Source: an uncultured Planctomycetia bacterium
GTDB taxonomy: Bacteria > Omnitrophota > Gorgyraeia > Duberdicusellales > 4484-171
Assembly (NCBI GenBank): GCA_964635565.1
Contig: CAZWON010000002.1
Location: 14,936 to 78,935, forward strand
DNA: 64,000 nt
Reading direction: 5' to 3'
Part shown: one piece after another, positions 48,833-59,299 of the stretch
How positions within the stretch are numbered: position 1 is the first letter of the stretch
Layout: each line of letters starts with the position of its first letter
The notes under the pieces: generated by a model
Told to the model about the DNA's origin: nothing
The model's input: the letters and a program-made list of their open reading frames with translations, nothing else
Database searches by the model: none
Translations under genes and position numbers: made by a program

Positions 48833-48850
48833 TTTTCTCTTTAATAAATT

Positions 48851-49810
48851 TTATTTTTTATGAGAAAATCTCTTGAATCCTGAGAATTCATAAATTTTAA
48901 TTTTTTCTTTAGAAGTAAGATAGTCTAACATAAGATTAATTCCTAAAGTATCTGAGGCGATATGAGAAGCAACAATCACATTGATATGTTCTTTTTTACA
49001 CTGTTTAAAATGCTCCTCAGACTGATGCATAGTTATAATAGTATCTATACCAGCATTAGAGAGCTTGTTATAAATATCTTGGGGACCTTCCGTACCTCCT
49101 GTAAACTCTATATGAACCTTAGAAACTCTACTTTTAGGATTACCGATAAAAATCTTTGGGGGATTATTATTTTTTGCTGCCTCTTTGTATTCGGGTATTT
49201 CAACAAAAAGGTCAATAATATCCTTAAGATATCTAGGTTTTTCCTTTGCTATTTCTTTCTCAATATAGCGGTAGGCTAAATTATCCGCAGGGGTATGTAT
49301 ACACATAAAGTTTAAATTTAGCCAGCGTGCAATATCAATAGCTCGCAGATGATTTGCTGAGCCTACGCGCCTTTCTACTTGGGACTTTCTCTCATAAAGA
49401 AGACTTTCTGCTACACTTAAATTTACCCCTTGCTTCTTAAACATATCTACCTGTAAATCCATTACATCATAAAAATTGGCGTAAGCCTTTCCCTGGGGAT
49501 GATGAGCAATAACAAGGTCAATTTTTATCCCCTTTTCCTTAAGTCGATCCACAAGAAGAAACTCTCCCCCCTCAACATCGATACCTACAATAGCAGAACG
49601 AATATTACTACTTTCCTTTCCCCAGAGAATTCTTGTATCGCTAAAAGGATTAAACAGAGAATCTTTATCATAAAACTCTTTTTCTTTAAGCTCTAAAGCT
49701 TCAAATTCCTTCTTGCGCTTTTTTAAAAGTGTTTCTATGGCTTTTTTACCTCGGGGATCAGCCTCAATACCTTTTTTTATTACTTCCTGGTAAATTTTTG
49801 ACAGCTTCAT
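48851..49810 (-). CDS. NIF3 (NGG1p interacting factor 3)-like protein
   Basis: AHHP, HTPADN, HIASDTLG metal-binding motifs. Confidence 0.8.
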   Translation of the reverse strand: MKLSKIYQEVIKKGIEADPRGKKAIETLLKKRKKEFEALELKEKEFYDKDSLFNPFSDTRILWGKESSNIRSAIVGIDVEGGEFLLVDRLKEKGIKIDLVIAHHPQGKAYANFYDVMDLQVDMFKKQGVNLSVAESLLYERKSQVERRVGSANHLRAIDIARWLNLNFMCIHTPADNLAYRYIEKEIAKEKPRYLKDIIDLFVEIPEYKEAAKNNNPPKIFIGNPKSRVSKVHIEFTGGTEGPQDIYNKLSNAGIDTIITMHQSEEHFKQCKKEHINVIVASHIASDTLGINLMLDYLTSKEKIKIYEFSGFKRFSHKK

Positions 49811-50339
49811 AATAATTTAATACCTCCTTGTTTACTTTTATAGAAGGATTGATCTTTTTATACATTCCATAAGTTTTTATATAAATTAAAGGAGCAACTT
49901 TTTTAAATACTCTAAAGGAAATACTTTTATCAATGTTTCTGTGAGAAAAGAAAACAAAAGCGCAAAATAAAAAAATGCTTACAATAGTTGATGCTCTTAA
50001 AATTCCTAAAATACATGCTATAATCCTTTCTCCTAAAGCATGCCTTTCTTTAAGAGAAATTATAGAAATAATTCTGGATATAAGAAAGAAAATAAAAAGA
50101 GTGAAAAAGAAAATGATAAAAAAAGATAATGGGTCAAGAATACTTCTATCAAAAGAAAACGGTTCTTTCCCAAAAAACTCTCCCAAAAACAAAGAATAAT
50201 ACTGTAAAGAAAAAAAGGAAACAAGGAAAATACCTAATAATTTAACTATTTCATAGATAAGTCCTCGCTGAAATGCAATGTAAATTATACGTATAAAAAG
50301 AACTAAAGAAAGAAAATCTATCCACGGGAATTTACCCAT
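49764..50339 (-). CDS. cvpA: CvpA family membrane protein
   Basis: WID...RGLIYE, four TM helices, ERIIACILGILRA. Confidence 0.75.
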   Translation of the reverse strand: MGKFPWIDFLSLVLFIRIIYIAFQRGLIYEIVKLLGIFLVSFFSLQYYSLFLGEFFGKEPFSFDRSILDPLSFFIIFFFTLFIFFLISRIISIISLKERHALGERIIACILGILRASTIVSIFLFCAFVFFSHRNIDKSISFRVFKKVAPLIYIKTYGMYKKINPSIKVNKEVLNYYEAVKNLPGSNKKRY

Positions 50340-50477
50340 TAATTTCCTTAATTTTAAACTTCAAACTCTCTTTTTATTATTAAGAGAGCTAAAGAATTAA
50401 TTAGTATATAACATATTGAATAAGAATTGTCAAGAAAACGTTTACGAGAAATTATCTTAAAAATTACCCTCTCTGGC

Positions 50478-51737
50478 TTATTTTTTTAATCCTTCTAAAT
50501 AATTCAAAAACTCTCGTATCCTTTTTTCTTCGCCCACACGTGAAGGAAAATAGTATTTCTTAGTAGCACCATACTCCTGTTTTATATAACTACCGATTTT
50601 TTGATGTTCGGTGTAGCTGTGGGGGTATTTATAATCGGAAGCATAAGTCTTTAGGTGCGAAGGCACCTCTTTATTTTCTGCTCTCTTAACATCCTCCATA
50701 GCATTACTGAAAGCTTTGTAAGAAGCATTGGACTTTACAGAACAAGCAAGATAAATAGTGGTCTGCGCAAGAATGAGACCTGCTTCAGGCATTCCTACAA
50801 ATTCAACAGCTTGAAAACAACTCGTTGCCAATACTAAAGAAAAAGGATTAACATTCCCTATATCTTCGCTTGCTAATATCACAAGTCTGCGAGCAATAAA
50901 ACGAGGATCTTCTCCAGAAACTAACATTTTTGCTAACCAATAAAGAGCGCTGTCAGGATCAGAGCCACGCACTGATTTGATAAAAGCAGAGATAGTATCA
51001 TAATGATAGCTGTCTTTCTTATCGTAAAAAATATTTTTCTGAATGGTTTCTTTCGCTACCTCTAAATCAAACTTTATCTTACCATCTTTATCAGAAGGTG
51101 TAGTTAATACTCCTAATTCTAAGCTACTTAATGCCCGGCGGGCATCTCCACAAGAATTTATGGCAATGTAATCTAAAGCATCCTCAGTAATTACTACAGC
51201 AAAGTTTCCTAAACCCTTCTTATCTTCTAAAGCTCTTTTTAATATCAAAATGATTTGTTCTTTACTTAAGGGTTTAAATTCTGCTAATACAGAACGGGAT
51301 AAAAGTGAAGGGATAAGATAATACCGAGGATTATAGATTGTTGCCCCAATAAAAATTACTGTCCCCTTTTCCGTATCGGGAATAAGGGATTCCTGCTGGA
51401 GTTTATTGAAACGGTGAATCTCATCTATAAAAAGAACTGTTTTTGCATTACCTTTTTCTACCTTTTTATTTGCCTCTTTAAGAATATCTTTTATTTCTCT
51501 TACGGAAGAAAAAGCAGCATTCACATATCTAAACTCTCCTTGTGTATGACGAGCAATAATGAATCCTAAGGTAGTCTTTCCTGTCCCTGATGGCCCATAA
51601 AAAATAAGCGGAGGGATTCTCTTAGAGAAAATTATACGTCTTAAAAGCTTCTTTTCTCCCAGAATATGTTCCTGGCCAACAAAATCTTCTACTTTCTGAG
51701 GCCTTAGGCGAATAGTTAAAGGTAAGTCTTTCTGCAT
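50478..51737 (-). CDS. rarA: Replication-associated recombination protein A (AAA+)
   Basis: PLTIRLRP, GPSGTGKTT, DEIHRFNK, SAFIKSVRGSD, ASEDIG. Start moved to ATG 51737 because the track's extension runs into the 6S RNA. Confidence 0.95.
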   Translation of the reverse strand: MQKDLPLTIRLRPQKVEDFVGQEHILGEKKLLRRIIFSKRIPPLIFYGPSGTGKTTLGFIIARHTQGEFRYVNAAFSSVREIKDILKEANKKVEKGNAKTVLFIDEIHRFNKLQQESLIPDTEKGTVIFIGATIYNPRYYLIPSLLSRSVLAEFKPLSKEQIILILKRALEDKKGLGNFAVVITEDALDYIAINSCGDARRALSSLELGVLTTPSDKDGKIKFDLEVAKETIQKNIFYDKKDSYHYDTISAFIKSVRGSDPDSALYWLAKMLVSGEDPRFIARRLVILASEDIGNVNPFSLVLATSCFQAVEFVGMPEAGLILAQTTIYLACSVKSNASYKAFSNAMEDVKRAENKEVPSHLKTYASDYKYPHSYTEHQKIGSYIKQEYGATKKYYFPSRVGEEKRIREFLNYLEGLKK

Positions 51738-51751
51738 AATGAACTTAAAAA

Positions 51752-51912
51752 AAATCCCTGCCTTCAGTCCGTCGCAGGTTGCCGCTCTCAGTCCATTCCT
51801 CATACACGTGGGCGCCGCATCTTAGTGCCGCAGCACTAAGAGATATAAGCTCCCTTTTCTGAACTGTTGGCTGTAGCGCTATTACCTGCCGACGAGACAG
51901 GCAGGGATCTTT
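51752..51912 (-). ncRNA. ssrS: 6S RNA
   Basis: About 160-nt GC-rich rod: ATCCCTGCC...GGCAGGGAT closing stem, internal GCAGGT/ACCTGC, GGGAGC...GCGCCC apical stem. Own promoter TTGAAA-17-TATATT. Lies between pheT and rarA. Confidence 0.78.
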
Positions 51913-51959
51913 TCTTTCCATTATAATATACCACTTATATTTCCTATTTTCAAGGAAGC

Positions 51960-53942
51960 TTATCGCAAAGTAATCCCTTCTTTCTTAGAAAGTTCGTCGC
52001 GTAATTTAAAATGCAATTTGTCCACCTCTTCAGCAGTTAAAGTTTTATCTTTTGCCTGATAAAAAATTCTTAAAGTAAGAAACACAAAGCCCTTAGGAGT
52101 ATCTTTCCCTCGGTAGATATCAAGAATACGGTAACGATAAAATGTGGCTGTTAAGATATCAGAAATTGTTTTTTCTATTTCTTTAAATTTAACATCCTTT
52201 TTTAAGACCAAACTAATATCCCGAAAAACTACAGGATATCTACTAAAAGCTGAGTAGGTGATATCTCTTTTCAAAAAAGCCGCAAGTTTTATATCCATTT
52301 CAAAAAAACTCAATTTACTTTTTAAGTTAAAAATGGTTGTTTTTGGGTTTAGAACTCCTAAAAATCCTAAATTTTTATTATCTGCTATAATCTTTATTCC
52401 ACTTAAGAAATTCTCTTTTTTATCTTCTAAAAACTTTGCTTTCTTTATATTTAAAAACTTTATTATCTTTTCTACAATCCCCTTTAAATAATAAAACCCC
52501 CCTGACTCTTCATTAACTATACACCCCAAAAAAGGCTCCTCCAATATTTTTTTATTATATCTCTTATATACATCTGCTATCTCAAAGAATCTTAAATTAC
52601 TATTCTTCTGATTAATGTTATAGCGCATAGCCTCAACCATCCCTAAAAGCAATGTTGTTCTTAAAGCGTTCTCTTCGTGTCTTAGAGGATTATCAAGAAT
52701 AATGAAATTTTTTTCCTTTAAGGCATCAAGCTTCTCTATGCTGGTAAGACTATAAGTAATAATTTCGCTAAGTCCCAATCGTAAAAGAAATTCTTTCAAT
52801 TCTTCCTTAAAAATACATAAAGAATCCCTTTTGTGGGAATACCTTAATAAAGGCAATTCCTCTTTTATAAAGTTGTAACCATAACAACGAGCGATTTCCT
52901 CAAAAATATCTTCTTTTATACTAATATCTGTTCTAAAAAAGGGAGGAAAGACAAAAAAGTTTTCTTTACTCTTAACTTTTACAGTAAAGCCAAGGTTACT
53001 AAGGATTGTTTTTACATTATTAAAAGAAAAAATCTTACCTATATAAGTATTCAGTTGTGATAAATTAAAATATATCCTCTTTTTAGAAAGAGAAACCTTC
53101 TTACCAACTTTCTTGTATCCAGAATTTATTCCTCCACAAGTTCTAATAATAAAATCAGCAGCATCATAAGAAGCTATCTCTAAAAGCTTACTTAAAACAC
53201 CCCTCTCAAAACGATAAGAAGAGTCTGTATCTAATCCTACACTTCTGCGGGAGCGCCTAATAGTAAGCGGAGAAAAAATAGCTCCTTCTAGTAAAATATT
53301 CTTCGTATTGAAATCTACTTCTGTATTTTTCGCTCCTATTACTCCTGCAAGAGCAATTACTTTTTTATCATCGCTAATAACCAGATTCTCTCTACTTAAT
53401 AAATATTCCTTATTATCTAAACCAACAAAAGTCTCTTTATCTTTTGCTCTTCTAATATGAATATTTCCTTCTATTTTGTCAAAGTCAAATGCATGCAGAG
53501 GATTGCCCCATTTAAGCATACAATAATTAGTAATATCAACGACACTATTAACGCTATTAATCCCACAGTTAATGACCTTTTCTTTAACGTTCCTTATTGA
53601 AGGAAGTATCTTTACATTTTTAATAAGTCTAGCAATATAAAGAGGGCAGTCACGGAAATCTTCTATATCAATTGAAATTTCTTTAAGAAGAGGGGTATAA
53701 GTTACCTTAGGAATTTTAAATTTAATTCTCTTACCACATAAACCTGCCAGCTCATGGGCAATGCCAAAAATAGAAAGCCAATCACTACGGTTAGAAGTCA
53801 CTTCTGCTTCAAAAATATAATCTCCCTTTACCTTTTTGATATCTTCAATCTCTAAGCCTCCCATTGTTAAAATAGAGGCTATTTTACGGGGAGACATTTT
53901 AAAATCTAAAAACTCTTTTAAGAAACTCAAACTAAACTTCAT
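51960..53942 (-). CDS. pheT: Phenylalanine-tRNA ligase beta subunit (short form without B2 OB domain)
   Basis: TSNRSD follows B1 directly; PLHAFD, SYRFERG, EEIARCYGY, FDX-ACB C-terminus. Confidence 0.95.
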   Translation of the reverse strand: MKFSLSFLKEFLDFKMSPRKIASILTMGGLEIEDIKKVKGDYIFEAEVTSNRSDWLSIFGIAHELAGLCGKRIKFKIPKVTYTPLLKEISIDIEDFRDCPLYIARLIKNVKILPSIRNVKEKVINCGINSVNSVVDITNYCMLKWGNPLHAFDFDKIEGNIHIRRAKDKETFVGLDNKEYLLSRENLVISDDKKVIALAGVIGAKNTEVDFNTKNILLEGAIFSPLTIRRSRRSVGLDTDSSYRFERGVLSKLLEIASYDAADFIIRTCGGINSGYKKVGKKVSLSKKRIYFNLSQLNTYIGKIFSFNNVKTILSNLGFTVKVKSKENFFVFPPFFRTDISIKEDIFEEIARCYGYNFIKEELPLLRYSHKRDSLCIFKEELKEFLLRLGLSEIITYSLTSIEKLDALKEKNFIILDNPLRHEENALRTTLLLGMVEAMRYNINQKNSNLRFFEIADVYKRYNKKILEEPFLGCIVNEESGGFYYLKGIVEKIIKFLNIKKAKFLEDKKENFLSGIKIIADNKNLGFLGVLNPKTTIFNLKSKLSFFEMDIKLAAFLKRDITYSAFSRYPVVFRDISLVLKKDVKFKEIEKTISDILTATFYRYRILDIYRGKDTPKGFVFLTLRIFYQAKDKTLTAEEVDKLHFKLRDELSKKEGITLR

Positions 53943-54963
53943 AGAATTGATTCAAAAATCTTACATCGTTTTCGTAAAATAAGCGAATGTCATTTATCCC
54001 ATACTTAAGCATAGCAATTCTATCTATACCCATTCCAAAAGCAAAACCTGTATATTTTAGAGGGTTAATCCCACAATACTTTAAAACCTTGGGATGTATC
54101 ATCCCACATCCCAATATCTCAAGCCACCCTTTATGGGAGCATACACTACAACCTTTACCCTTACATATCATACAACTTATATCTACCTCTGCTGACGGTT
54201 CAGTAAAAGGGAAAAAATGGGGACGAAAACGTAAATCTACGTCAGAAGAAAAAAAACTTTTAGCAAAATAAAATAGAACACCTTTGAGATGGGAAAAACT
54301 TATGTTTTTATCTACACAAAACCCTTCAATCTGATGGAACATAAAAGAATGCGAAGCATCTACCTTATCAGGTCTATAAACTCTGCCCGGAGAGATTACC
54401 GCTAAAGGGGGTTTATTATTTTCCATTATCCTAATTTGCGAAGGAGAAGTATGACTACGTAAAAGTAGACACCCTCTTTTTTTCTCGTAAGAAGGAAGAT
54501 TAAGATAAAAAGTATCAAAAGCTTCTCTAGAGGGGTGCTCTAAAGGTATATTAAGAGCAGTAAAATTATGCCATTCATCTTCTATTTCTCTTCCTTCAAT
54601 AACAACAAACCCTATCCTTTCAAAAATACCACATATTTTCTGATTAACTACACTTAAAATATGTTTCCTGCCAAAATAAATCTCTTGGGAAGGAAAAGTA
54701 ACATCTAATTCTTCTTGCTCTTCAGAAAAAGTACTTATTCTGTTATTAATAATCTCGGTTATTTTTTGTTTAAGACTATTCAAATTACGACCAAAGGAAG
54801 CTCTTTCTTCTTTTTCAAGATGGCTGATTTTAGAAAAAAGTTGATTAATAGTTGACTTCCTCCCTAGATATTTAATACGTAACCTTTCTAAATCATTAAG
54901 GCCATTAATTTCTCTGAACTCTTTTAGAAAATCTTCTTCTATTTTTTTAATATCTTCGTGCAT
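53932..54963 (-). CDS. pheS: Phenylalanine-tRNA ligase alpha subunit
   Basis: LRSHTS, FHQIEG, FPFTEPS, GFAFGMG. Confidence 0.97.
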   Translation of the reverse strand: MHEDIKKIEEDFLKEFREINGLNDLERLRIKYLGRKSTINQLFSKISHLEKEERASFGRNLNSLKQKITEIINNRISTFSEEQEELDVTFPSQEIYFGRKHILSVVNQKICGIFERIGFVVIEGREIEDEWHNFTALNIPLEHPSREAFDTFYLNLPSYEKKRGCLLLRSHTSPSQIRIMENNKPPLAVISPGRVYRPDKVDASHSFMFHQIEGFCVDKNISFSHLKGVLFYFAKSFFSSDVDLRFRPHFFPFTEPSAEVDISCMICKGKGCSVCSHKGWLEILGCGMIHPKVLKYCGINPLKYTGFAFGMGIDRIAMLKYGINDIRLFYENDVRFLNQFYEV

Positions 54964-55462
54964 ATCTTAATCTTATAAAATAAATAACTACCAACACCAG
55001 ACACATTATAGCTAAGCTTATTGAAATTTTTTCTTTTAATTTAGAAACATTCTCTTTTAAAATATATCCTTTATGTAAAACCTCTATATTTAAAAGATGA
55101 ATATCCCGCTCAGCATGAAGAGGGCAGTTTTTATAAAAAATCCCTTTGACTTCTATTATATCTCCTTTTGTATGATAGTTACCCAGATATTTAACATTTT
55201 TTAATAGGTTCCTTTTGGGTACATAAATTCCTATATTATACCCTTCACTGAGAAGATTAATCCACACACCTTTTTGAGAATCTTTTAAAATATCTCCTAT
55301 AACTTCTCCTTTTAAGATTACAACTTTTCTATCAAAAAGATTGGGATGCTTAAGTATCTCCTTTAAAGTTGTCCTATTATAACTCCATACCCTGCCTTCT
55401 GTCGGAAAGAAGAGCATAATCAATATCAAAATACTTACTTTCTTTAACTTCTTTATTTTCAT
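54947..55462 (-). CDS. Hypothetical membrane protein with probable OB-fold
   Basis: Signal-like N-terminus, KGEVIGD...KGDIIEVKG, C-terminal TM helix. Confidence 0.65.
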   Translation of the reverse strand: MKIKKLKKVSILILIMLFFPTEGRVWSYNRTTLKEILKHPNLFDRKVVILKGEVIGDILKDSQKGVWINLLSEGYNIGIYVPKRNLLKNVKYLGNYHTKGDIIEVKGIFYKNCPLHAERDIHLLNIEVLHKGYILKENVSKLKEKISISLAIMCLVLVVIYFIRLRYARRY

Positions 55463-56943
55463 TTTTTAAATAAAGAAAAAATAAAACCTAACATAACAAA
55501 TACCGCCAAAAATTCCAACCTTCCTATCCACATCTGAAGAATATAAACAACTTTTAGAACTGCTGGCATAGAAGGATGGGTTATACCCAAAGATAAACCT
55601 ACATTAGCAGTAGCAGACACTGATTCAAAAAGAGAGGCCAACAGAGGATAACCTAAAAATATTCCTATTATAGCACCTATAAGATAAGTGACTAAAAATA
55701 AACTACAGAAAATGAATATCTCCTTTATTCTCTTATCATCAATCATCTTATCTTCAAGGTGGTGATAACTATCTTTATATACTGCCTTAAATGGCATCAT
55801 TAATCTTCTAATTTCCATAAAAAAAGATTTAAACACAAGACCTAAACGCATAAGCTTAACTCCTCCTGTAGTAGAACAAACTCCTCCTCCGATCATCATA
55901 GCAAATATAATTGCCAATAAGCTTAAACTACTTATCCCTTTTAATTCTCCAAAAGCTAAATTGGTAAATCCACACCCTGTATGAGCTGAGATTAATTGAT
56001 AAAATCCTTTACGAAAAATAGAAAAATGAGAAAGACCCCTTAGAGAGAAAAAAAGCATAAACAAAAGCAAAAAAAAGCTTACCATAAAAGTCCTTATTTC
56101 AAAATTCTTAAATATTTCTCTCTTATCCTTAAACCATATCCAAAAATGAAGATTAAAGTTAATTGCTCCTAACATCATAAGAATAATGGTTATAAATTCT
56201 AAATTTAAAGAATGATAATAGACAATATTTTGAGCTTGTGGAGCAAACCCTCCTGTATCAAATGAAGCAAAGAAAATCCACAAACCATGGAGAAACGCTC
56301 TGTCTAAACTCATCCCTTTATGAGAAAGAAAAATTGTTAAAATAAAAACTCCTGTTATCAAATAAATAATACTTACCTTCCATATAAATCGAGAGGTGGC
56401 AATAATATTAGGTAATATTTTTTCTGTTCTGGCTTCCCCTATGTACAATCCTAAAACCGGTCCTTTGGCATGAAAAAGAAGAGAAATGCTTGCAAGAATG
56501 ATTCCCTGACCACCAATAAACATCATAAGATGGCGCCACATATTATGAGAGAAAGAGAGATGATCTAAATCTCTCACTAATGTCAAACCTGTGGTAGCAA
56601 ACCCACTCATAGCTTCAAACCAGGCATCAAGAAAACCAAGATAATGCGAAGATAAATACAGAGGAACCGCCCCCAACAAAGAAGCAATAAGCCAACCCAA
56701 GCTTACAATAAAAAAGGTATGAATCCGGCTAATTTCTTTTTTGAGAGGGAAAATCATCATTAAACTTATTCCTAAAATCGCTGAAAAAGAAATTGCTAAA
56801 GAAAAATCATAGAAGGCAGATACTTCTTTATAGAAGATAGCAATCAAAAAAGGTAAAACGAGACACAGGCTTAAGCCGACAATAATTCTTCCTAAAACAT
56901 GAAAAATTGTGGAAAAATCGTCTCTATCGGGGGATATGGTCAT
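55459..56943 (-). CDS. trkH: Trk potassium uptake membrane protein
   Basis: FEAMSGFATTG, FDTGGF, STTGGVK, SATANVGLS, WIGRLE. Confidence 0.95.
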   Translation of the reverse strand: MTISPDRDDFSTIFHVLGRIIVGLSLCLVLPFLIAIFYKEVSAFYDFSLAISFSAILGISLMMIFPLKKEISRIHTFFIVSLGWLIASLLGAVPLYLSSHYLGFLDAWFEAMSGFATTGLTLVRDLDHLSFSHNMWRHLMMFIGGQGIILASISLLFHAKGPVLGLYIGEARTEKILPNIIATSRFIWKVSIIYLITGVFILTIFLSHKGMSLDRAFLHGLWIFFASFDTGGFAPQAQNIVYYHSLNLEFITIILMMLGAINFNLHFWIWFKDKREIFKNFEIRTFMVSFFLLLFMLFFSLRGLSHFSIFRKGFYQLISAHTGCGFTNLAFGELKGISSLSLLAIIFAMMIGGGVCSTTGGVKLMRLGLVFKSFFMEIRRLMMPFKAVYKDSYHHLEDKMIDDKRIKEIFIFCSLFLVTYLIGAIIGIFLGYPLLASLFESVSATANVGLSLGITHPSMPAVLKVVYILQMWIGRLEFLAVFVMLGFIFSLFKK

Positions 56944-57071
56944 GATTAAAATATTAAAATACTGTCGAAAGAATATACCCCATAAATATTACACAAACAC
57001 AGAAAAGAATTTCTACAATAATACCAAAAATAATCTTCATCTAATTACGGAAATGGACGCTATTTGTATAT

Positions 57072-57737
57072 TCACAATTTTCCGATAAGCGATCTTATTA
57101 ACTGCTTTTCATTATCAATAATAGTCACAGCAATAATTTCATCGCCTGCTAATATTTTGGTTAAGCCTGAAGGAATAATTATTTCGGGCCCCCTTAATAT
57201 AGAAATAAGCACTGCGCTGGGAGGAAGAGAAATGTCCCGCAATATTTTATTTACTACAGGAGCATTTTGAGGTATATCTACCCTAACAATAGAAAGCCTC
57301 CCTTTTTTAATACTTAAAAGATTCATTACATCGGAAAAAGATGCTTCTTCTTCTACGATTCTTGCTAATATAGAAGTGGAATCAATGGGAACATCAACAT
57401 CCATATGTTTATAGAGAAGAAGATGTTTGGGGTCGTTAACACGAGAAACTGTCCTTTTTATAGAAAAGGCATCCTTAGCAATATTACAAATAATAATATT
57501 ATCTGCATCGGATGAGGTTGTACTTACCAATATATCGGCCTTTTCTACCTTTGCTGACTTTAATACATCAGGATTGGTGGCATCTCCTTGAATAATAAGG
57601 ACTCCTTTTAATTCTTCTGCAAGACGATTACACACTACTTCTGATTTATCAATAATGGAAACTTGATGTTTATCTTCTTTAAGTTTTTTGGCTAAAAGTA
57701 TACCCAACCTTCCTGCTCCGGCAATTATAATAAACAT
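57072..57737 (-). CDS. trkA: Trk regulatory subunit (RCK-N + RCK-C)
   Basis: GAGRLG, GDAT, C-terminal IIPSG...AGD. Confidence 0.93.
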   Translation of the reverse strand: MFIIIAGAGRLGILLAKKLKEDKHQVSIIDKSEVVCNRLAEELKGVLIIQGDATNPDVLKSAKVEKADILVSTTSSDADNIIICNIAKDAFSIKRTVSRVNDPKHLLLYKHMDVDVPIDSTSILARIVEEEASFSDVMNLLSIKKGRLSIVRVDIPQNAPVVNKILRDISLPPSAVLISILRGPEIIIPSGLTKILAGDEIIAVTIIDNEKQLIRSLIGKL

Positions 57738-58123
57738 TTTTTAAAAACCTCTACTAAAATATAAGTTTTATTTACTATAATCAATCCTTCTTCAGAAAAT
57801 ATCCTCTTTTTGGTTGTGTCATATACTTGAAGAGCTATTTTTTTTATATTCTTATAGAGTTTCTTTGCCACTTTGCTTATAACAATATTCACATTATCAT
57901 TGCCTGTAGCTAAAATCAACGTATCTGCTTCTTTTATTCCTGCAGTCTCTAATACTTTAAGGTCTAAAGCATCACCCAATACTTTTCTTCCATTAAAATC
58001 TTCTCCCAAAGCATCCAAGGCATGTTTTATTCTATCAATAACAACTACATTATGCTCTTTAGAAAACTCCTGGGCCAACTCCTTTCCTGTCTTACCGCAT
58101 CCAATAATCACTATGTACTTCAT
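57725..58123 (-). CDS. TrkA-like RCK-N-only protein
   Basis: IIGCGKTG, GDALD, ATGNDNVN; 132 aa. Confidence 0.88.
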   Translation of the reverse strand: MKYIVIIGCGKTGKELAQEFSKEHNVVVIDRIKHALDALGEDFNGRKVLGDALDLKVLETAGIKEADTLILATGNDNVNIVISKVAKKLYKNIKKIALQVYDTTKKRIFSEEGLIIVNKTYILVEVFKKCLL

Positions 58124-58136
58124 TTCTCTTTAAAAA

Positions 58137-58481
58137 TTAGTTTTTAGCTAACTCTACAAGCATATCAAAAGCTTTAGGCTCTTCAACAGCAATTTGAGCA
58201 AGGATATCCCGAGAAAGTAACACCTTTTTTTCCTTAAGACGTGCAATAAATTCTCTGTAGCTTAAACCTCTTTCTCTTAGGGCTGCATTAATCCTTGTTA
58301 TCCAAAGAGAGCGAAACTCTCTTTTTTTTACTCTTCTGTCACGGTAGGCGTAAACTAAAGCTCTACGCACTGACTCCTTTGCCCGCCTATACTGTTTAGA
58401 ACGTTTTCCCCAAAATCCTTTTGCCAATTTTAAAATTTTTTTCTTTCTTTTCTTAGCTGATACTGCGTGTTTAGTCTTCAT
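58137..58481 (-). CDS. rplT: 50S ribosomal protein L20
   Basis: LKLAKGFWG, YAYRDRRVKKREFRSLWITRINAA. Confidence 0.98.
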   Translation of the reverse strand: MKTKHAVSAKKRKKKILKLAKGFWGKRSKQYRRAKESVRRALVYAYRDRRVKKREFRSLWITRINAALRERGLSYREFIARLKEKKVLLSRDILAQIAVEEPKAFDMLVELAKN

Positions 58482-58501
58482 ATAAACTCCTTTTCTCCTT
58501 T

Positions 58502-58702
58502 CTATCTACTATAGGGCAATGCTTCTTTTATGAGGCGACGTTCACTGGAAGAAACCTTACTGGACCTTCTTAAACTTCTTTTTCTTTTTTGGGATTTACC
58601 GCTTAATAAATGTCTACGACCTGATTTACGACGTAGCATTTTCTTCTTCTTGGTAATTTTTATCCTTTTCGCTAAGGCTTTCTTTGTTTTCAACTTAGGC
58701 AT
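58502..58702 (-). CDS. rpmI: 50S ribosomal protein L35
   Basis: MPKLKTKKALAKR; start at ATG 58702 behind GGAGG. Confidence 0.96.
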   Translation of the reverse strand: MPKLKTKKALAKRIKITKKKKMLRRKSGRRHLLSGKSQKRKRSLRRSSKVSSSERRLIKEALPYSR

Positions 58703-58792
58703 AAATCCTCCTTTACAATAACATAGCAAGGTAAATATTTTATAGAAATTGTGAGCATTTTATCCGCTCTTTTTAACGGTAATTTTCTTAAG

Positions 58793-59299
58793 CTATTTGG
58801 GAGCAAAAATAGTTATTATAGAGTGCCCTACAGTTTTTGGCTCTTTATCTACACGCCCAACCCCTTGAATATCATTTATCAATCTATCAATTATTCCCTT
58901 ACCTAACTCTTGATGCGCAATTTCTCTCCCTTTAAAAAACATTCTAATTTTAACTTTAAATCCTCTTTTTAGAAAATCCTGAATATGTTTTAATTTAACT
59001 GCATAATCGTGTGATTCTATGCGGGGTGTAATTCGGATCTCTTTAAGCTGGGAATGCCGCTGGTGTTTTTTTGCTTCTTTTTCTTTCTTTTCCTGCTCAT
59101 ATTTATATTTAGTAAAATCCATTATCCGACAAACGGGAGGATTAGCCTGAGGCGCTATTTCCACTAAATCCGAATCAAACTCTTCTGCTTTTTTTAAAGC
59201 AAGCTCTCTAGGAAATATACCTAATTGTTCTCCATCAGGACCAATTACGCGAACCGTTTTAGAAAAAATCCTCTCGTTTACACGAACATACCGTTTAAT
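58793..59299 (-). CDS. infC: Translation initiation factor IF-3 (ATT start)
   Basis: Frame extends upstream of the track start to ATT at 59299, behind GGAGGT: IKRYVRVNERIFSKTVRVIGPDGEQLG...DLVEIAPQANPPVCRIMD. Confidence 0.95.
   Translation of the reverse strand: MKRYVRVNERIFSKTVRVIGPDGEQLGIFPRELALKKAEEFDSDLVEIAPQANPPVCRIMDFTKYKYEQEKKEKEAKKHQRHSQLKEIRITPRIESHDYAVKLKHIQDFLKRGFKVKIRMFFKGREIAHQELGKGIIDRLINDIQGVGRVDKEPKTVGHSIITIFAPK

Noticed and set aside
51738-51803. rarA N-terminal extension in the track
   Set aside because: Runs into the 6S RNA; homology to RarA starts at about MQKDLPL.
58793-59299. ATT start of infC and short PheT/ThrS forms as novelties
   Set aside because: Well-known features: infC autoregulation through a non-canonical start; B2-less PheT and TGS-less ThrS occur in many lineages.
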